Shown piece by piece: positions 50,201-63,519 of a stretch of DNA of 64,000 nt; position 1 is the first letter of the stretch; every line of letters starts with the position of its first letter. The position numbers and the translations under genes are program-made. The notes beneath the pieces were generated by a model that made no database searches, was not told the DNA's origin, and saw nothing but the letters and a program-made list of their open reading frames with translations. Origin of the DNA: Lama guanicoe (Eukaryota). The DNA lies in contig MU053487.1 of NCBI GenBank assembly GCA_013239625.1, positions 1,943,058 to 2,007,057 on the forward strand. Direction: 5' to 3'.

Positions 50201-52227
50201 ATAGTTTGAGCTGGGGAAGAGGGCTGCCGTTCTCTCTTGTCTTTCTACCTGCCTGTCTCTTACCACACCACCCAGGGGACCAAGCACAAGCCCTCCAGTC
50301 ATACTCATTAGGAAGAGCCAGTGACACCGACAGCATCGCTTTTGTCCTGCTGAGATCCCTACGGCAGAGGAACACAAATGCGGGTCACCCATCCAGAGCC
50401 TGCAAAGGAGGGAAACTACAGGAAGGAAAAGAATCTAATGAACCTGCCACTTACGCAGCCCAGTAAGCACAAGGCCTGGCACAGAGTAACCCGTAACAAT
50501 CATTATTATTCCCGTGCGCCAGATGCAGTCACGGCCAAGTGACACAGGGTTCTTGCCCTCAGTGGCCTCACACTCGAGTAAGAGAGACCAGCAAGGAAAG
50601 AGATGAGTGTGTGCATTTTAAGTTAGATCTGACTTGAGGCATTAGAAAATGTATCTGGGCAGCTATGTGTGAGGTGCACGAAATTTGGGGGAGTGAAGAA
50701 AAATTAATAGAAGGTAAAAGATCTGCAGGGTGTGGCGGGAGGCCACTTGAGACCATCTGTGGAGCAGCGTGCCTCTCGGTCTGTGGATGTTCAGATTTTG
50801 TGCTTTGTCCTCAGGGACAGCTCCTGCTTAACATCCTTACATCGTTTCTGATGGACTTCTAAATTTTCTTTGTGGCTCAAATGAGGTTCTGCTGCCTGTC
50901 TGGAAGTGAAACAGGAGGTTATTTCTCTAGACGCTCATTTCGTTGTTTTCAGAATGTGTTTTCGAGTTTGGGGACCACTCGTCATGTATAGCTAACGGGG
51001 ACAAGGTTTTAAAAGTGGTTGGCACTTGTCTAATTAGGTCAGTAAACAAATATACTAAAAAAACGCTGCCTGTACAAGCTTTTGCTAGCTGTGCATCTAA
51101 AGGTAGCCCTGGAGACCCCCCTGCATTAATGATTCATCAGGGGGTCTACACTCTCTTCATGGTCGGTAGAATTTTTCAGTGTCCAACTTCAGGCAAAAAT
51201 TTAGGAACCTGTGGCTAATACATTATGTCACAATGTAGCATATCAAAATAGAGATTTCTTTTTCCATTTGGACAATATACCCACTGAAGCTCTGCTTGGT
51301 GCTCTGTTTTCCAAATGTTTGTTTCTCAGATTTAGGGAATTCTGTTTGTCACAGCATTGCTGAGAAGAGTGAAAATTGGCAATAGCTCAGATGGAAACTG
51401 TAGGCTGATGGTTGATCTGTAGGATACAGTGTAGCCATTCAGCCTCTAGACCTGTGCATACACTGACCCAGGAAAAGCCGTGGGTAGGATGATACATACT
51501 TTAGGAACCTAGTCTTGAATGCATATATGATTAGAAATAAGGATGGACTGTTAACAGTGTTAACACAGCTTGTATCCGAATTATGGGAATATGATGTTTT
51601 TTTCCTGAATACTGGTAAATTACTGGTAGATGAGTAACTAGCCTAATTAAAACTAAGTAAACTCATATGAACATGAAGATGGAAATTATTTTCCAATATA
51701 GCAGAGATTAGCTACTGACTGTAGTGCCCAGTGGGTCAGGAGAATGACTCAGCACGGCAGGAAGTGCTGGAATAGGGCTCATCAGCCCCAGTGGGACCCT
51801 GGGGACCCAGTTCTGCTCCCTCATTTCACGGTGGGGGAACTACAGCCCTTCGAGCCAAATGTCTCACTCTAAGCCCTGCCGTTCATTAGTGCAGTAACCA
51901 GGTTTCCTGACTCACATTTAAATAGCTTCCACATGCCTCACCGTCTTAATGAGAATTGCTCACTCAAGTCCATCAGCTCTGTGCTTCTCACACAGCTAGA
52001 CACTCTGACACACACAGAGTAATTTTTAAATGCAGTCACTATTCACAAATAAAAGGGTGGAAAGATTTCAGAAATTGCTGATAGCAGCCAGATTTGGCTT
52101 GCTAGGCTGACATGTCTGGGGTTGGGCTGGGACAGTGGAGTGACCGGATCCGCTCTCCACACGGTTTCTCATCCTCCAGCAGGACAGTCCAGGCTTGTTC
52201 CTGTGGCTCTAAGAACAGTGACTAGAC

Positions 52228-52618
52228 AGCCATTAAAAAAAAAAAAAAAGATGAAATCTCATCATTGGCGACAACATAGATGGAACTTGAGGGTATTGTG
52301 CTAAGTGAAATCAGTCAGAGAGAGACAAACATATGTGGAATATAAAAAACCAAGCACAATTAATTAACAATCAGATCAACAACAAAAACCACATAGATAC
52401 AGAGAAGAGAGTAGTGGTCACCATCAGGAAGGGAGTGGGGGAGGGCGAAATGAATAAAAGGGATTAACTGTATGGTGACAGGTGGAAACTAAAGTTTTGG
52501 TGGAGAGCAGGCTGTAAGATATGCAGAGGTAGAAATATAATGTTGTACATAAGAAACTTATATAATGTTATAAACCATTGTTATTAGCTCAATAACATAA
52601 ATCTTTAAAAAAAAAAAA
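52228..52618 (+). mobile_element. L1 3' UTR with poly(A) tail
   Basis: 'gacaacatagatggaacttgagggtattgtgctaagtgaaatcagtcaga', 'tgtatggtgacaggtggaaact' and a terminal A-run. Confidence 0.85.
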
Positions 52619-53539
52619 GGTGGGGGATGAGTTTTCTCACAATGAAAGGGAAGGCTGAACGGCTGCAGAAATTTAACAAAGCCTGCACCAAACTATGGCT
52701 GGGAAATGTGTGCATGAAATTGTCGTAAGAGCATTGATTATAACTCAGAAGATTCTCAGAAGTTAAAAGAATGAGGACCAGATCTCTAAGACTCTTTACA
52801 GCTATATAATTCTATTTTAAAAATAAAGTCTTAGCCAAACAAAGCAAACAAGACAAAACAGAAAAAAAAAAAAAGAACAGTTAAGTGGAAATGTAAGACT
52901 TCTTGAGGACCAGGCATGAGACTGGTGCACGGCCGTTCTCACCACGTTGCTGGTCAGAGTCAATGGCAAGGTCAACCCAGATTCGAGGGATAAGGAAGAG
53001 ATCCTGCTTCTTGATGGGAGGAGAAACAAAGATCCTGGCCATGTTTATGATCTGTTACAGTTACGTAAGGAAAGTGATCAGTTCCAACGAGAATGCCTAG
53101 GGCGACCCTGTGTTCTTCAGGGTACCCAGACTCTAAAGGTGAGCCTGCGTGTGAAGATGGGTCAATTAAGCAGCAGAAAGTAATTAAGTCCCAGACTTGG
53201 GATCTGGGCTTGGGCAGAACAAGGCCAGAACTGAGGCCCCACGCCATGATTCTTCACTGCTCAGCTCAGAGAACAGCTCTTCCAAGTTGTTATTCATATG
53301 CCCAAACCAAATATTATCAAGTACCTTCCTTTAAGCTTCCCCAGCAACATACAAGTCATCTGCAATAGTCCTTATCTGACTTTTCTATGTAGTAAAGTCG
53401 TTTTTCTGCTTTGATCACCGGGTCTAAATTTAGGCTACTTGAGGACAGGCACTGCGGGTTGTCAATCAGTACATCTCGTAAGCATCGAGCACGTTGGAAT
53501 ACGCTTGCTGCACTTTAAGACATTTGCGTGGATATTTAT

Positions 53540-54650
53540 AACTAAATTCAGTCTAGTTTTTCTACTGTTGTCGTATCTTTGGCAGACTTTTTAAAGAATG
53601 TGTATCTGCCTGATAAAAATCATTTGGAAATGTTTTTTCTTTTTTGTAGGATGAAAAATTCAAATATCAGTGGAATTATTTCTTCCTTAAAAGTATAGTA
53701 TAATTCTCTTTTGAAACCACCTCTATCTTTAGAGCAAGGTAGTCTTTGACACCTTTATTTTTCTTCAATAATGAGCTTGTTTAAATTTTCTGTCTTCACT
53801 GGGGTTAGTTCTAGTAATTTATGTTTTTCTAGACAATCATCCTCTTCTTTTAGCCTCTCAAATGTATTGTGTAAGTAAGTCTCATAGTCTCCAATGATTC
53901 TTTTAATTTATTTCTCCTGTGTCTATGTTGATTTACCCTTTATTATTGCAAATTCTGCATATTTGTGTATTTTCTCTTTTCTTTCTTTATTTTAAATTTA
54001 ATTAATAGATGGTTCTCATTTTTTTTCCCACCAGGGGAGACAATTAGATTTTTTGTTGTTGTTCTAGATTTTATTATTTTTCCAGAAGAATCAAATCTTG
54101 TATTTACAGTTTAGCCTTCCCACATTTCTACTTTTTAATGTAATTTTTCTCTTTAATAACACATTTAATTGTAGAATGTAGTACTCATACAGAAAGGTGA
54201 AAGGGACATAAAATATAAATGTATAACTTTATGAACTATCATGCAGTTAAAACTTACACAGTCATAAGTCAAGAAATCAGACATTTCCAGAAACCCTGAG
54301 CCCCCAGATGTGACCCTTCCCATTTCAACATCATTCCTTCCTACTGACTTCTTTAGTCATTCCTCACTTTTCTTTATAATTTTAGCACTTATGTTGGCAA
54401 CTTAAATCCTATAATTTAAGTTTATTTTGGAATTTTACATAGATGGTGTCACACAGTGTGTATACTTAGATTATTTGATATAGCTGTTAGAAGTAACAGA
54501 GACTGTTACTTCTGTTGCTAAATAATATTCCATTGTGTGAATGCTTATTTACTTTTGTCTTTTAATGAGATTATTAATCTTTCCAAGTTTTTACTATTAC
54601 AAACAATGCTGTGAAGTGTCATCTTCTAACCATCCCACAATGCAAACCCC
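53540..54650 (-). mobile_element. Decayed old L1 fragments (ORF2 and 3' UTR)
   Basis: T-rich antisense L1 with 'aatattccattgtgtgaat' and 'ctattacaaacaatgctg'. Confidence 0.55.
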
Positions 54651-54654
54651 TGTG

Positions 54655-55204
54655 CAGAGTTCCTTAATCCCTGGGTCCATAGGTAGAATTCAGAGTCCAT
54701 GAACTTGAATGGCAAAATATATTACATCTTATTTTTCACTAACTTCTACCTAAAATGCAGCGTTTTCTTTTATTACAAGTGTAAACAGAAGAAAAACAAT
54801 ACCTACAACCTGTAACTTTGTCACAAGTAGCTTTGTAATTTTGTCATTGATAAAAATAGCGTATTTTATATCCTGTTGTGGTTGCAGATATCTAGAAATA
54901 CCATTTTCACTCTTCACTAGTTTGAAATTATGATAGTTATTAGACCAACTACTTGCTGTTGTTAATATGTTAATAAAGATGCACAATTTTTACTGTAGGA
55001 CAAATGTATTGTTTTTATGTATGTATTTATGTATGTATGTAAAAATGTATTTAACAGCTATATTCTGATGCAATTGTTTGACTTTATAAATCTCATATAT
55101 TTAATTTTATATATTTTTTTAAATTTCAGTTATTATGAGAAAGGGTCCCTAAGCTTCACCAGACTGCCAAGGGTACATGGCACAAAAAAATGGGTTGCTC
55201 CATG
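54655..55204 (+). mobile_element. Charlie4a-like hAT DNA transposon
   Basis: Starts 'cagagttccttaatccctgggtccat'. Contains 'attacatcttatttttcactaac' and 'gttgcagatatct'. Ends 'cttcaccagactgccaagggtacatggcacaaaa'. Confidence 0.7.
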
Positions 55205-55227
55205 GTACATTAGCTAGGAGGAGAATG

Positions 55228-55570
55228 TGTATCAGTCAGGGATGAACTAGGCTAAGCTCTGGTAACAAGCAACTCCCAGATCCTCAGTGGTTTAAACAGC
55301 AGAGGTTTATTTTCTCACTTGTTCTACCTCTCCACGTGTCTGTCTTGGGTTAATGGGGGAGCTAGAGGTAGGATGCTAGAGTTCCCAACATCTGAAGAAA
55401 GACTGGTTCTTATTCCAAGGGAAATGGAATATGGCAAATTATGCATTGGACCTTAAAGGTGTCCATGCAGAAATGAGTCACACATACTGCTTTTGCTCAC
55501 GTTTAATTGCTCAAAGTAAATTATATAACCATAACTATGTTAAAGAGATGGAAACAAGAATGTCATCAGG
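55228..55570 (-). mobile_element. MaLR LTR, MLT1J/K-like
   Basis: 'tgtatcagtcagg...ctaggctaagctctggtaacaagcaactcccagatcctcagtggtttaaac...gtttattttctcac'. Confidence 0.7.
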
Positions 55571-56129
55571 TGTCTTAGAATATTAGAAGAATTTGGAATT
55601 TTTTCCCCTTGTGTAGTGTTTAGATAAGACTGCAGAGTATAGTTCCATGTATAACACCTTCTAAAACATGTGCATATTTACTGATAAAAAGGTGTCAGCG
55701 CCAGCTAGGACCTGAGATATTCCGATAAAGACAATAATGTGTGTTATAACCACAGTACTGAAAGATACAACTTCTGCAGTAGAAAACCCTTCTGTAAACT
55801 TCCTTCATTAGAATTCTTGAAAGATCACTTCATCTTTGAACTACTCTGACTTCTGACAGTCTGACTCCTTTAAGTATGTGGTCAGCAAGTCAGTCTTCCT
55901 CTGTATTGTACTTAACCTCACATGTAAGACTTAAGTTTTATTCTGTTTCATAAACACAGATAGTTGAATGAATGTATAGATAAATCAACTTGGAATGGGT
56001 CAAAGAGTTCTGCAAATGAAGAGCGTGGACAAATGGTTATTTTAAAAATTGGTGAGATTAATTCTGACTCTGAGAATGACAGTGTCATAAGGACCAGATA
56101 TACATAGATAAACACTGCTGCCTGGCACA

Positions 56130-57435
56130 ATTGAAAATTAAAAATAAATGAACAGGCAAAATAACTAAAACAACAGTTCTTAAGACACTTTTCAGGTAAC
56201 GTAAAACAGCAATCCTTTAAAGATGGGAAACAAATTAGTGGAGTCCAGCAACTGCCCCAGTTTCCTACCTTGAGAAAGTGTCCAGTTCATGGTGTAGGGA
56301 GAATGTAGGCAGCGAAAAGCAGTCTCTTTAAGTTGAGCAGATGGACCTGATACTCAGGGAGGGCAGGGCAGCTAGAGTTTGCAGGGTAGTCACAGCGAGA
56401 CAGCTGCCCAGGCTGTTGTGACGGCTCCTGTCACCTGTTCAGCAGAGATCAGCACAGGCGTGTGAGGAGATGACCAGAGACTGAGGAAGAACCTTCAGAG
56501 GAAAGTGGGTTAGAAAGAAGCCCTCAGTCAAGAGTAGAAAAGCTCTTGATTCTCAAAGCAGTAGGCAGAAGGTTCTCTCGCCCTGGTGGTGGGGAACAGT
56601 TAGTCCTAGACTAAATGCTGCTTTGGCCCCAGATAACAAATCCTAAAAGTAAGACACAAAAGGATCAAACTGTTTCTAAGTAAGATAATTGTGTCCCAGG
56701 ACAAAGTTTATGATTATTTATGGAAATACAAAAATGTCCAGTACCCAGCAAGGGAAAATTCAGAATGGTCTGCATCAGTTCTAAGGCTCCCAGATGGTCA
56801 AATAAACAGGAAAATGTGACTCATAATGAGGGGGAAAATCACACAGTTGCAGCTAACCTGGACCTGACAAAGATATTAGAAACAGCAGGCAAGGAAATCA
56901 AGACAATTATTTAACTGAACCCAAGATGTTCAAAAAGGTAAGAAGATACACAGTAAGTATAAAAGGATCCAAATCTGACTTCTAGAAATGAAAAGTACCA
57001 TGACTGAGATGAACAAATGCACTGAAAAGGTTTAATGGAAGAGTAGGTATTGCAGGGGAAAAAGACTGGTAAAGTCTAAGAAACAGCAATGCCAGCTATC
57101 CAAAGGAAACAGAGAGAAAACATCCAAAAATGGAAGTAACTGCAGTAAGTTCTGTGGCCACTTCAAGCAGTATAAAATATACAGAAGGAAGAGATAGAGG
57201 AAAGGAAAAATTATGAGAACTGATTTTTTTCCATATTTGATGAAAACTATGAAGTTAAAGACCCAAAAAGCTCAATAAACTCCAAACAGGAAAAAATAAA
57301 TGATACCAAAGCACATAGTAATCAGATTGCTGAGAACAGTGACAGAGAACATTTTAAAAGAAACCAGAACAAAAAGACATGTTTCTACATAGAGGAACAA
57401 AGATGAGAATGACAGCAGATGTCTTGCTAGGAACT
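56130..57435 (+). mobile_element. Old L1 5' UTR and ORF1 remnant
   Basis: 'aaacaggaaaatgtgactcataatgag', 'gacttctagaaatgaaaa' and 'tacatagaggaacaaagatgagaatgacagcagat'. Confidence 0.65.
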
Positions 57436-57469
57436 GACGGGGAGAATAACAGCTCCCCAGAGAAGTCTG

Positions 57470-57650
57470 TGCTGTCGTCCGCCGAGCCTGTGACTGTGTT
57501 CCTTTGCAGTGACAGAAGTGACTTTGCAGATGTGATGAAGATTGGGACCCTGATACAGAGTAGCGTGGTGAATCCAGGTGGGCCCAGTCTAACCACATGA
57601 ATCCTTAAAATCAGAGACACTTTCCTGACCGTAATGAGAGATGTGAAGTG
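57470..57650 (+). mobile_element. MLT1D/E-like LTR fragment
   Basis: 'gactttgcagatgtgatgaag...atccaggtgggcccagtctaaccacatgaatccttaaaa'. Confidence 0.65.
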
Positions 57651-57934
57651 ACCACACACACACACACACCAGACTGAATAACCACTCTAAATGTGAACGT
57701 CTATTTCGGAAAAAAGAATCAGAAGATCTCTTCCTGACCTTGACGTTGATCATAAAAGAAAAAAATAAATAAACCTATGTTAGCCATAACAGCCCTGACT
57801 GAGAGATAAAAAGGCAACATACAATGGAAGACAGGAAAAGAGGAAGAAAAAGAGAAAGTTGCAACAAGTGAGTCCAAATATCCAAAATAGAGAAGGAAAA
57901 ACATGGCAAGGAAAAGACAGGCTAATACAAAACC

Positions 57935-58790
57935 AGGCAGAGAACTTAGTTCTCAAAGGAAAATATGCAAATAGCCAAGAACCATACGAAAAGCTGCTGA
58001 ATTTCATTAGTCATAAAGGAAATGCAAATTAAGATAGCGAAGAGATAACACACCACACATATGCACACAAACACACACACACACACACACACAACTACAA
58101 TGGCTAAAATAGAGACTGAGAATATCAAAATATTTTGCAATAATGTTAAACAACTGGAATTCTCAGACATTGTTAGAGATTTAATTGAGAAAATCATTTT
58201 GAAGAACACTGTCACATATATTAAAATGAAGTAAATGCATATTATAACCAGCAATTCCACTCCTAGATCCATTCCTAACCAAAATGCATAGTTTGCATGT
58301 TAGAAGCCATGTGCAAAAATGTTCAGCAAGGCACTACTCTTAATAGCCCAAAGCTGGTAACTACCTAGACGCCAGTCAACTGATGATAAACGTGATATAT
58401 TTACATAATGGAATGTCATACAGCAATGAAAATGAAGACTCTACAACTCTGTACAACAATACCAATAATTCTTAAACAAAATTTATGAAAGAAAACGGAC
58501 ATAAAAAGTGTGCGTGGCCTGGTTCAATTTATAGAAAGTGCAAAATTAGCCAATACTGATCTGTGCGGTTGGGAATCGGGAGAGTATTATACTTGGAAGC
58601 AGTGGGATCTTGCCTGGAAGAAAGCACAAGATGGGTTTCCGGTGCTGGCAACCTTCTCTCTCTTGATCTGGGTGCCAGCTTGCATGGGTGTGTTCATTTT
58701 TTTTTTTTGAAAATTTGATCAACTGTGCACTTACAATATGTATATATACATTTTTCAATGTATTCTTTAAAAAGTTTTTCAAAATAAGTT
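57935..58790 (+). mobile_element. Old L1 ORF2 end and 3' UTR
   Basis: 'cattagtcataaaggaaatgcaaattaa', 'ccagcaattccactcctag' and 'catacagcaatgaaaatgaa'. Confidence 0.75.
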
Positions 58791-61399
58791 GCAATCCTTT
58801 TCCAATTTTAGATTTTCTCTGTTGAATTGTCACTATGTTTTCATTTTTTCCAAGTATAAGGCAACAGATTTTGTATCTTTCATGCTGTACAGATAAGCAG
58901 GTCTTCAAAAAGGCAGCATTTCTCCCATAGTCTCTGTAACTAGATAATCTCTCATTCCACAAGCAACCCACAGAAAACCCCATAACTTTAATAGGTATTT
59001 TTTTTTTAGTTGTATGGATAGTTTATTTTCTTGCTTCAGCTCTGCAAGAGCTTGCTACCACACAGCTGTGCTAAAGCAAGGAGAACGTGCCTTATGCTCC
59101 GTAAACACAGACAAAACTAACACAGCCGATGTTCAAGCGTCACCAGAAGTGTGGTGAGCAAGAAATTTAACTGTAAAAATATGAAGTAAAATAGGAATGT
59201 ACATGAAATTCTTCTCGGGGTTGACTAAAGAAAAAGAAAAGTGGTTTTGTTCAAACAGACTTTTAACTGAGGACATATTTTGTCTAAGTTATTTTGGTGA
59301 AGAGGTATTGTCAGATGTTGGTTGCTCTCAGCTGTCCCCAGGGCTTCCTCTGCATTGTCCCACCTTGGCCTCCCAGGAGAACTGCTGTGGTCACATCCGC
59401 TGTTTTATTTTGACATTACCATTATTTTCTTAATATTATGTAATTGAATGTTTAATCACATATTAGATAAAATATCATCTATGAGTGCATTTCCTACCTG
59501 TCCAAATTCTTAGCCCCTTTCCAACAATTCGTAGAAAATATTATGTTAATTCTTAGGATTCCCCGCATCTTTGCACACAGTAGTAAGGTCTGCATTATGG
59601 TGTTCCCATATAATTTCTGGATTTTATAATTAGTTAGGGTTTTATTTGTTCTTCAGTTCATAACCCATTTGTTTATGAATAATTGGGAAAAAATGGATTT
59701 TGTCAGTGGGCAGCAGAATTGTATGTGTGTGGTATGTGTGTATCTACTTTGTTAAAAATATTATATAAACTTTTCCTGACTTTTTTGTCTTTCTATCACA
59801 GACAGATATTTGTGGTAATGTCCAAAATTATAATGGTAGTCTTGTTAATTTATCATTACTGATGGTTTTCTTTTACAGATTGACATAATTTTACTTAGAA
59901 GGATTAATTCTGTTTTAATATTATTACAGATTTGATTATTTATATATGAAGTTATAGTTTCAAACATAAAATTCTAATTTGACTAAGATTTCAAAGGTGA
60001 AACCAAATTATTAACATATTTATAAGGAAAATAGCTAAAGATAATTCGATCTTTTTTAGGCCTATTTTTATAGGTACATTGTGTATTTACTCATTTATTT
60101 GCAAGTCAAGGTAAACAATGCCAAGATTCTGAATTGAAATATTAATACAGGGAAACCAAATAAAAGGGAGAGAAGTGAGGGAAGTCAATTGTAGGCGAGT
60201 GAACAGAAGGCTCCCAGCTGAAAGGCTAGTGTAGGGGAAGAGAGATTCAGGGAAGCTCTTTTGCCTCCATCACTCTCCCGACTTCACATGCCCAGCAGTG
60301 TCCCAAATTCTTCTAACACCCATCAAGATGGGCTCCCCCTGGTCAGAGACTTCAGCCAGCAGTCCACAGTCCCAGCCTGTGGTCCTCTCATATGCTCAGG
60401 TACCCACCTTCCTCTAGGAAGGTCGCCGGCTCTGACACAGTCATCAGTGGTGCCGCACACTCATGTAGGCATCTTGGATTGAAAATGCCTGGTCGCTGCT
60501 TCACCAATCACCCTGGTTACATCTTAGCCATTTTCTCACTGTGCATCCCCTGTTCTGTATCAACCCATCTCCACCCTCACGTAGCTACATATTACAGGAA
60601 CACAGACACTGTCCCTTTAGGGCAATAAAAAACCTGATGAACATCATATCACTGTGAATAGCAGGTGTCTGAAAGCTTCTGTATTAACCTTCAAGTTGGG
60701 GAACAAATTGGAGAAAGAGAGTGTCACCGGCTTTTGTTATACTCCACTGCAAACTGAAAAGTGCATTTGCTGAAAGCAAGCTGCCACCACTTATGAGAAT
60801 TTATCAGGGCTCCGAGTCCAATTAGAGAGGGGGAAAAAATCAATAATGATTCACTTCCTTATTAGAAGAATTGATTTTCCTGATAAAATTCACAATATTC
60901 TTAGAGTTTGTCTTAATCATTTTCTGGCAAAATGGCACAGCTCCAAGTCTCCCAAATTGTGTAGTTAAATTGAGATCAGTGGTCTGACAATGCAGGGAGT
61001 TACAAATCCATCTCATCAAAGAGGAAAACATCCCTTGGACAGAAGGTGAGCAAAAATACCAGCCCATCATCCCACTCTTGCCAAATATTTGTATGTTTGT
61101 TTTATCTCTTTAGAAAATCTAGGTAAGGACTGTGATCTTCCAGTTTTCACTCAGACCTGAATATCAAAATGGGTATCTGGTTTCGTTTTTCTTGTTTTGA
61201 TAAATAAAACTGTGCCCTTGGGTTTAGAAGCCTTCAGTCTGTGTTCTAGCTCTCTCTTGCTGGCCTCATGACCCTGAGAAAAATCATTGCACTTCCCTGA
61301 ATTGTTCTTCATCTTTAAAAAGAAATTGGATTTGCCTGTGTGTGTGCTCAGTGCATATGTGGCTGTCAAACAGTTATGTGTAATTCAGAACTGCAGATA

Positions 61400-62480
61400 A
61401 TTTTTTGTATTGAACTACAGCTGCTTTACAATCTTCTGTTAATTTCTGATGTACAGCATAGTGATTCAGTTATATATATATATATATATTCCTTTTCATA
61501 TTCATTTTTTATAGGCCATTACATGGTTTTGAATACAGTTCCCTGTGCTATACAGTAGGACCTTGTTGTTTATCTATTTTATATATAGTAGTATCTGCAA
61601 CTCTTGAACTCCCAGTTTATCCCTCCACCCCCACCCTTTTTCCCCTTGGTAACCATAAATTTGTTTTCTATGTCTTTGGGTCTGTCTCTGTTTTGTAGTT
61701 GAGTTCATTTGTGTCCCATTATTTTTTCAGATTCTACATATGAGTGATATCATATGGTATTTTTCTTTCTTTCTGACTTATCTCAGTATGATGATCTCCT
61801 GGTCCATCCACATTGCTGCAAATGGCATTATTGTATTCTTTTTATGGCTGAGTAGTATTCCATTGTATGTGTGCACACACACGTATGTATGTGTATATAC
61901 ATTCTGCATCTTTATCCAGTCATCAGTCGATGGACATTTAGGTTGCTTCCATGTCTTGGCTGTTGTAAACAGTGCTCCTGTGAACACTGGGGTGCATTTA
62001 TCTTTTCAAATTAGAGTTTCCTCTGGATATATGCCCAGAAATGGGATTTCTGGATCATAGGGTAACTCTATTTTCAGTTTTTTAAGGAATCTCCATACTG
62101 TTTTTCATTGTGGCTGCACCAAACTACATTCCCACCAGCAGTGTAGGAGGGCCCCCTTTTCTCCACACTCTCTCCAGCACTTATTGTTGATGGACTTTTG
62201 AATGATGGCATTCTGACTGGTGTGAGGCAATATCTCATTGTAGCTTTGATTTGCATTTCTCTCATAACAAGCGATATTGGACATTTTTTCATGTGCCTAT
62301 TGGCCTTTTGGATGTCTTCATTGTAGAACTGCTTGTTTAGGTCTTCTGCCCATTTTTGAATTGGGTTGGTTGCTTTTTTTTGTTTTTGAGTAGTATGAGC
62401 TATTTGTATATTCTGGTCAGTTGCATCATTTGCAAATATTTTCTCCCATTCCATACATTGTCTTTTCATTTTGAACATGG
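61400..62480 (-). mobile_element. Lineage-specific L1: 3' UTR and ORF2 C-terminus, 5' truncated
   Basis: Frameshifted ORF2p pieces EWEKIFAN...KWAEDLNK...[19 protein letters not shown] and MFTGALFTTAKTWKQPKCPSTDDWIK, followed by the 3' UTR ending in a T-run. Confidence 0.93.
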
Positions 62481-63062
62481 TCAGTCTCAATTTCCTTCTC
62501 TATAAAATCAGACTCATGATTTTAGCCCAGTACTTACCACAAAGCAGTCTTGTGATGTGTCAGTTTCCTCTCTTAGTGTCCCAGTGAGGACGCTAGGGGA
62601 TGCAATGCAAATGCACTCCAACCATTTGTTTTGCAGTGGAGACCACAAGACAACTGAAAAGTGAGGAGCAGACCAGCCCCCAGCCTCTTTCCTGCAGTTT
62701 ATTCACAACACTTTTCAGGTCTGCCTGACTGGAAAATAGTACATTTCAGAGAGATCATTTGATGTAGCCTTTCCTTGTAAACAATTACCTGGCTATACAT
62801 ATGCTTCTCACTGGAAACTTGCTTCAGTGCTGGACCTCCAGCAGCCCCACTCAGAGGAAAGACCCTGGAGAACATTGGTGTAGCATCCCCACAAGTTGGG
62901 AAGAGGTGGCAGGTGGGGCCCAGCTGGGGAGCGGCCTCCTTACTGCTTAAACATGCCCAATGGTGAGATGGTCACCCTGGCTCTGTCCAAACCTGCTCAG
63001 TCCTGAAAACTCAGAGAACGCAAGCAGACAGCTTGGTCTGATCACTGAGTTCAAGTATTCTT

Positions 63063-63436
63063 TTTTTTTTTAATTAAAGTATAGTCAGTTTACAATGTTG
63101 TGTTAATTTCTGGTGTACAGCATAATATTTTAGTCATATATATACATACATATATTCGTTTTCATATTCTTTTTCATTATAGGTTACTACAAGATATTGA
63201 ATATAGTTCCCTGTGCAATACAGAAGAAAATAGTTATTTTATATATATATTACTTAGTATCTATAAATTTCAAACTCTCAATTTATCCCTTCCCACCCCC
63301 TTCCCCACCTAGTAACCATAAGTTTGTTCTCTATGTCTGTGAGTCTGTTTCTGTTTTGTAAATAAGTTCATTTGTGTCTTTTTTTTTATATTCCACATAT
63401 GAGTGATATTATGTGGTGTTTTTCTTTCCCTTTCTG
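63063..63436 (-). mobile_element. Lineage-specific L1 3' UTR, 5' truncated, with poly(A)
   Basis: T-run then 'aagtatagtcagtttacaatgttgtgttaatttctggtgtacagcat'. Homologous to 61400-61780. Degenerate TSD at 63046-63062 and 63437-63453. Confidence 0.88.
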
Positions 63437-63519
63437 TGAGCACAAGTGTTCTTATGCTTTCCCCAGTCCCGTCCTTTGTAGCTTTATCCCTGCAGCATCA
63501 GAAAAGTGAGGTGGGTGCC

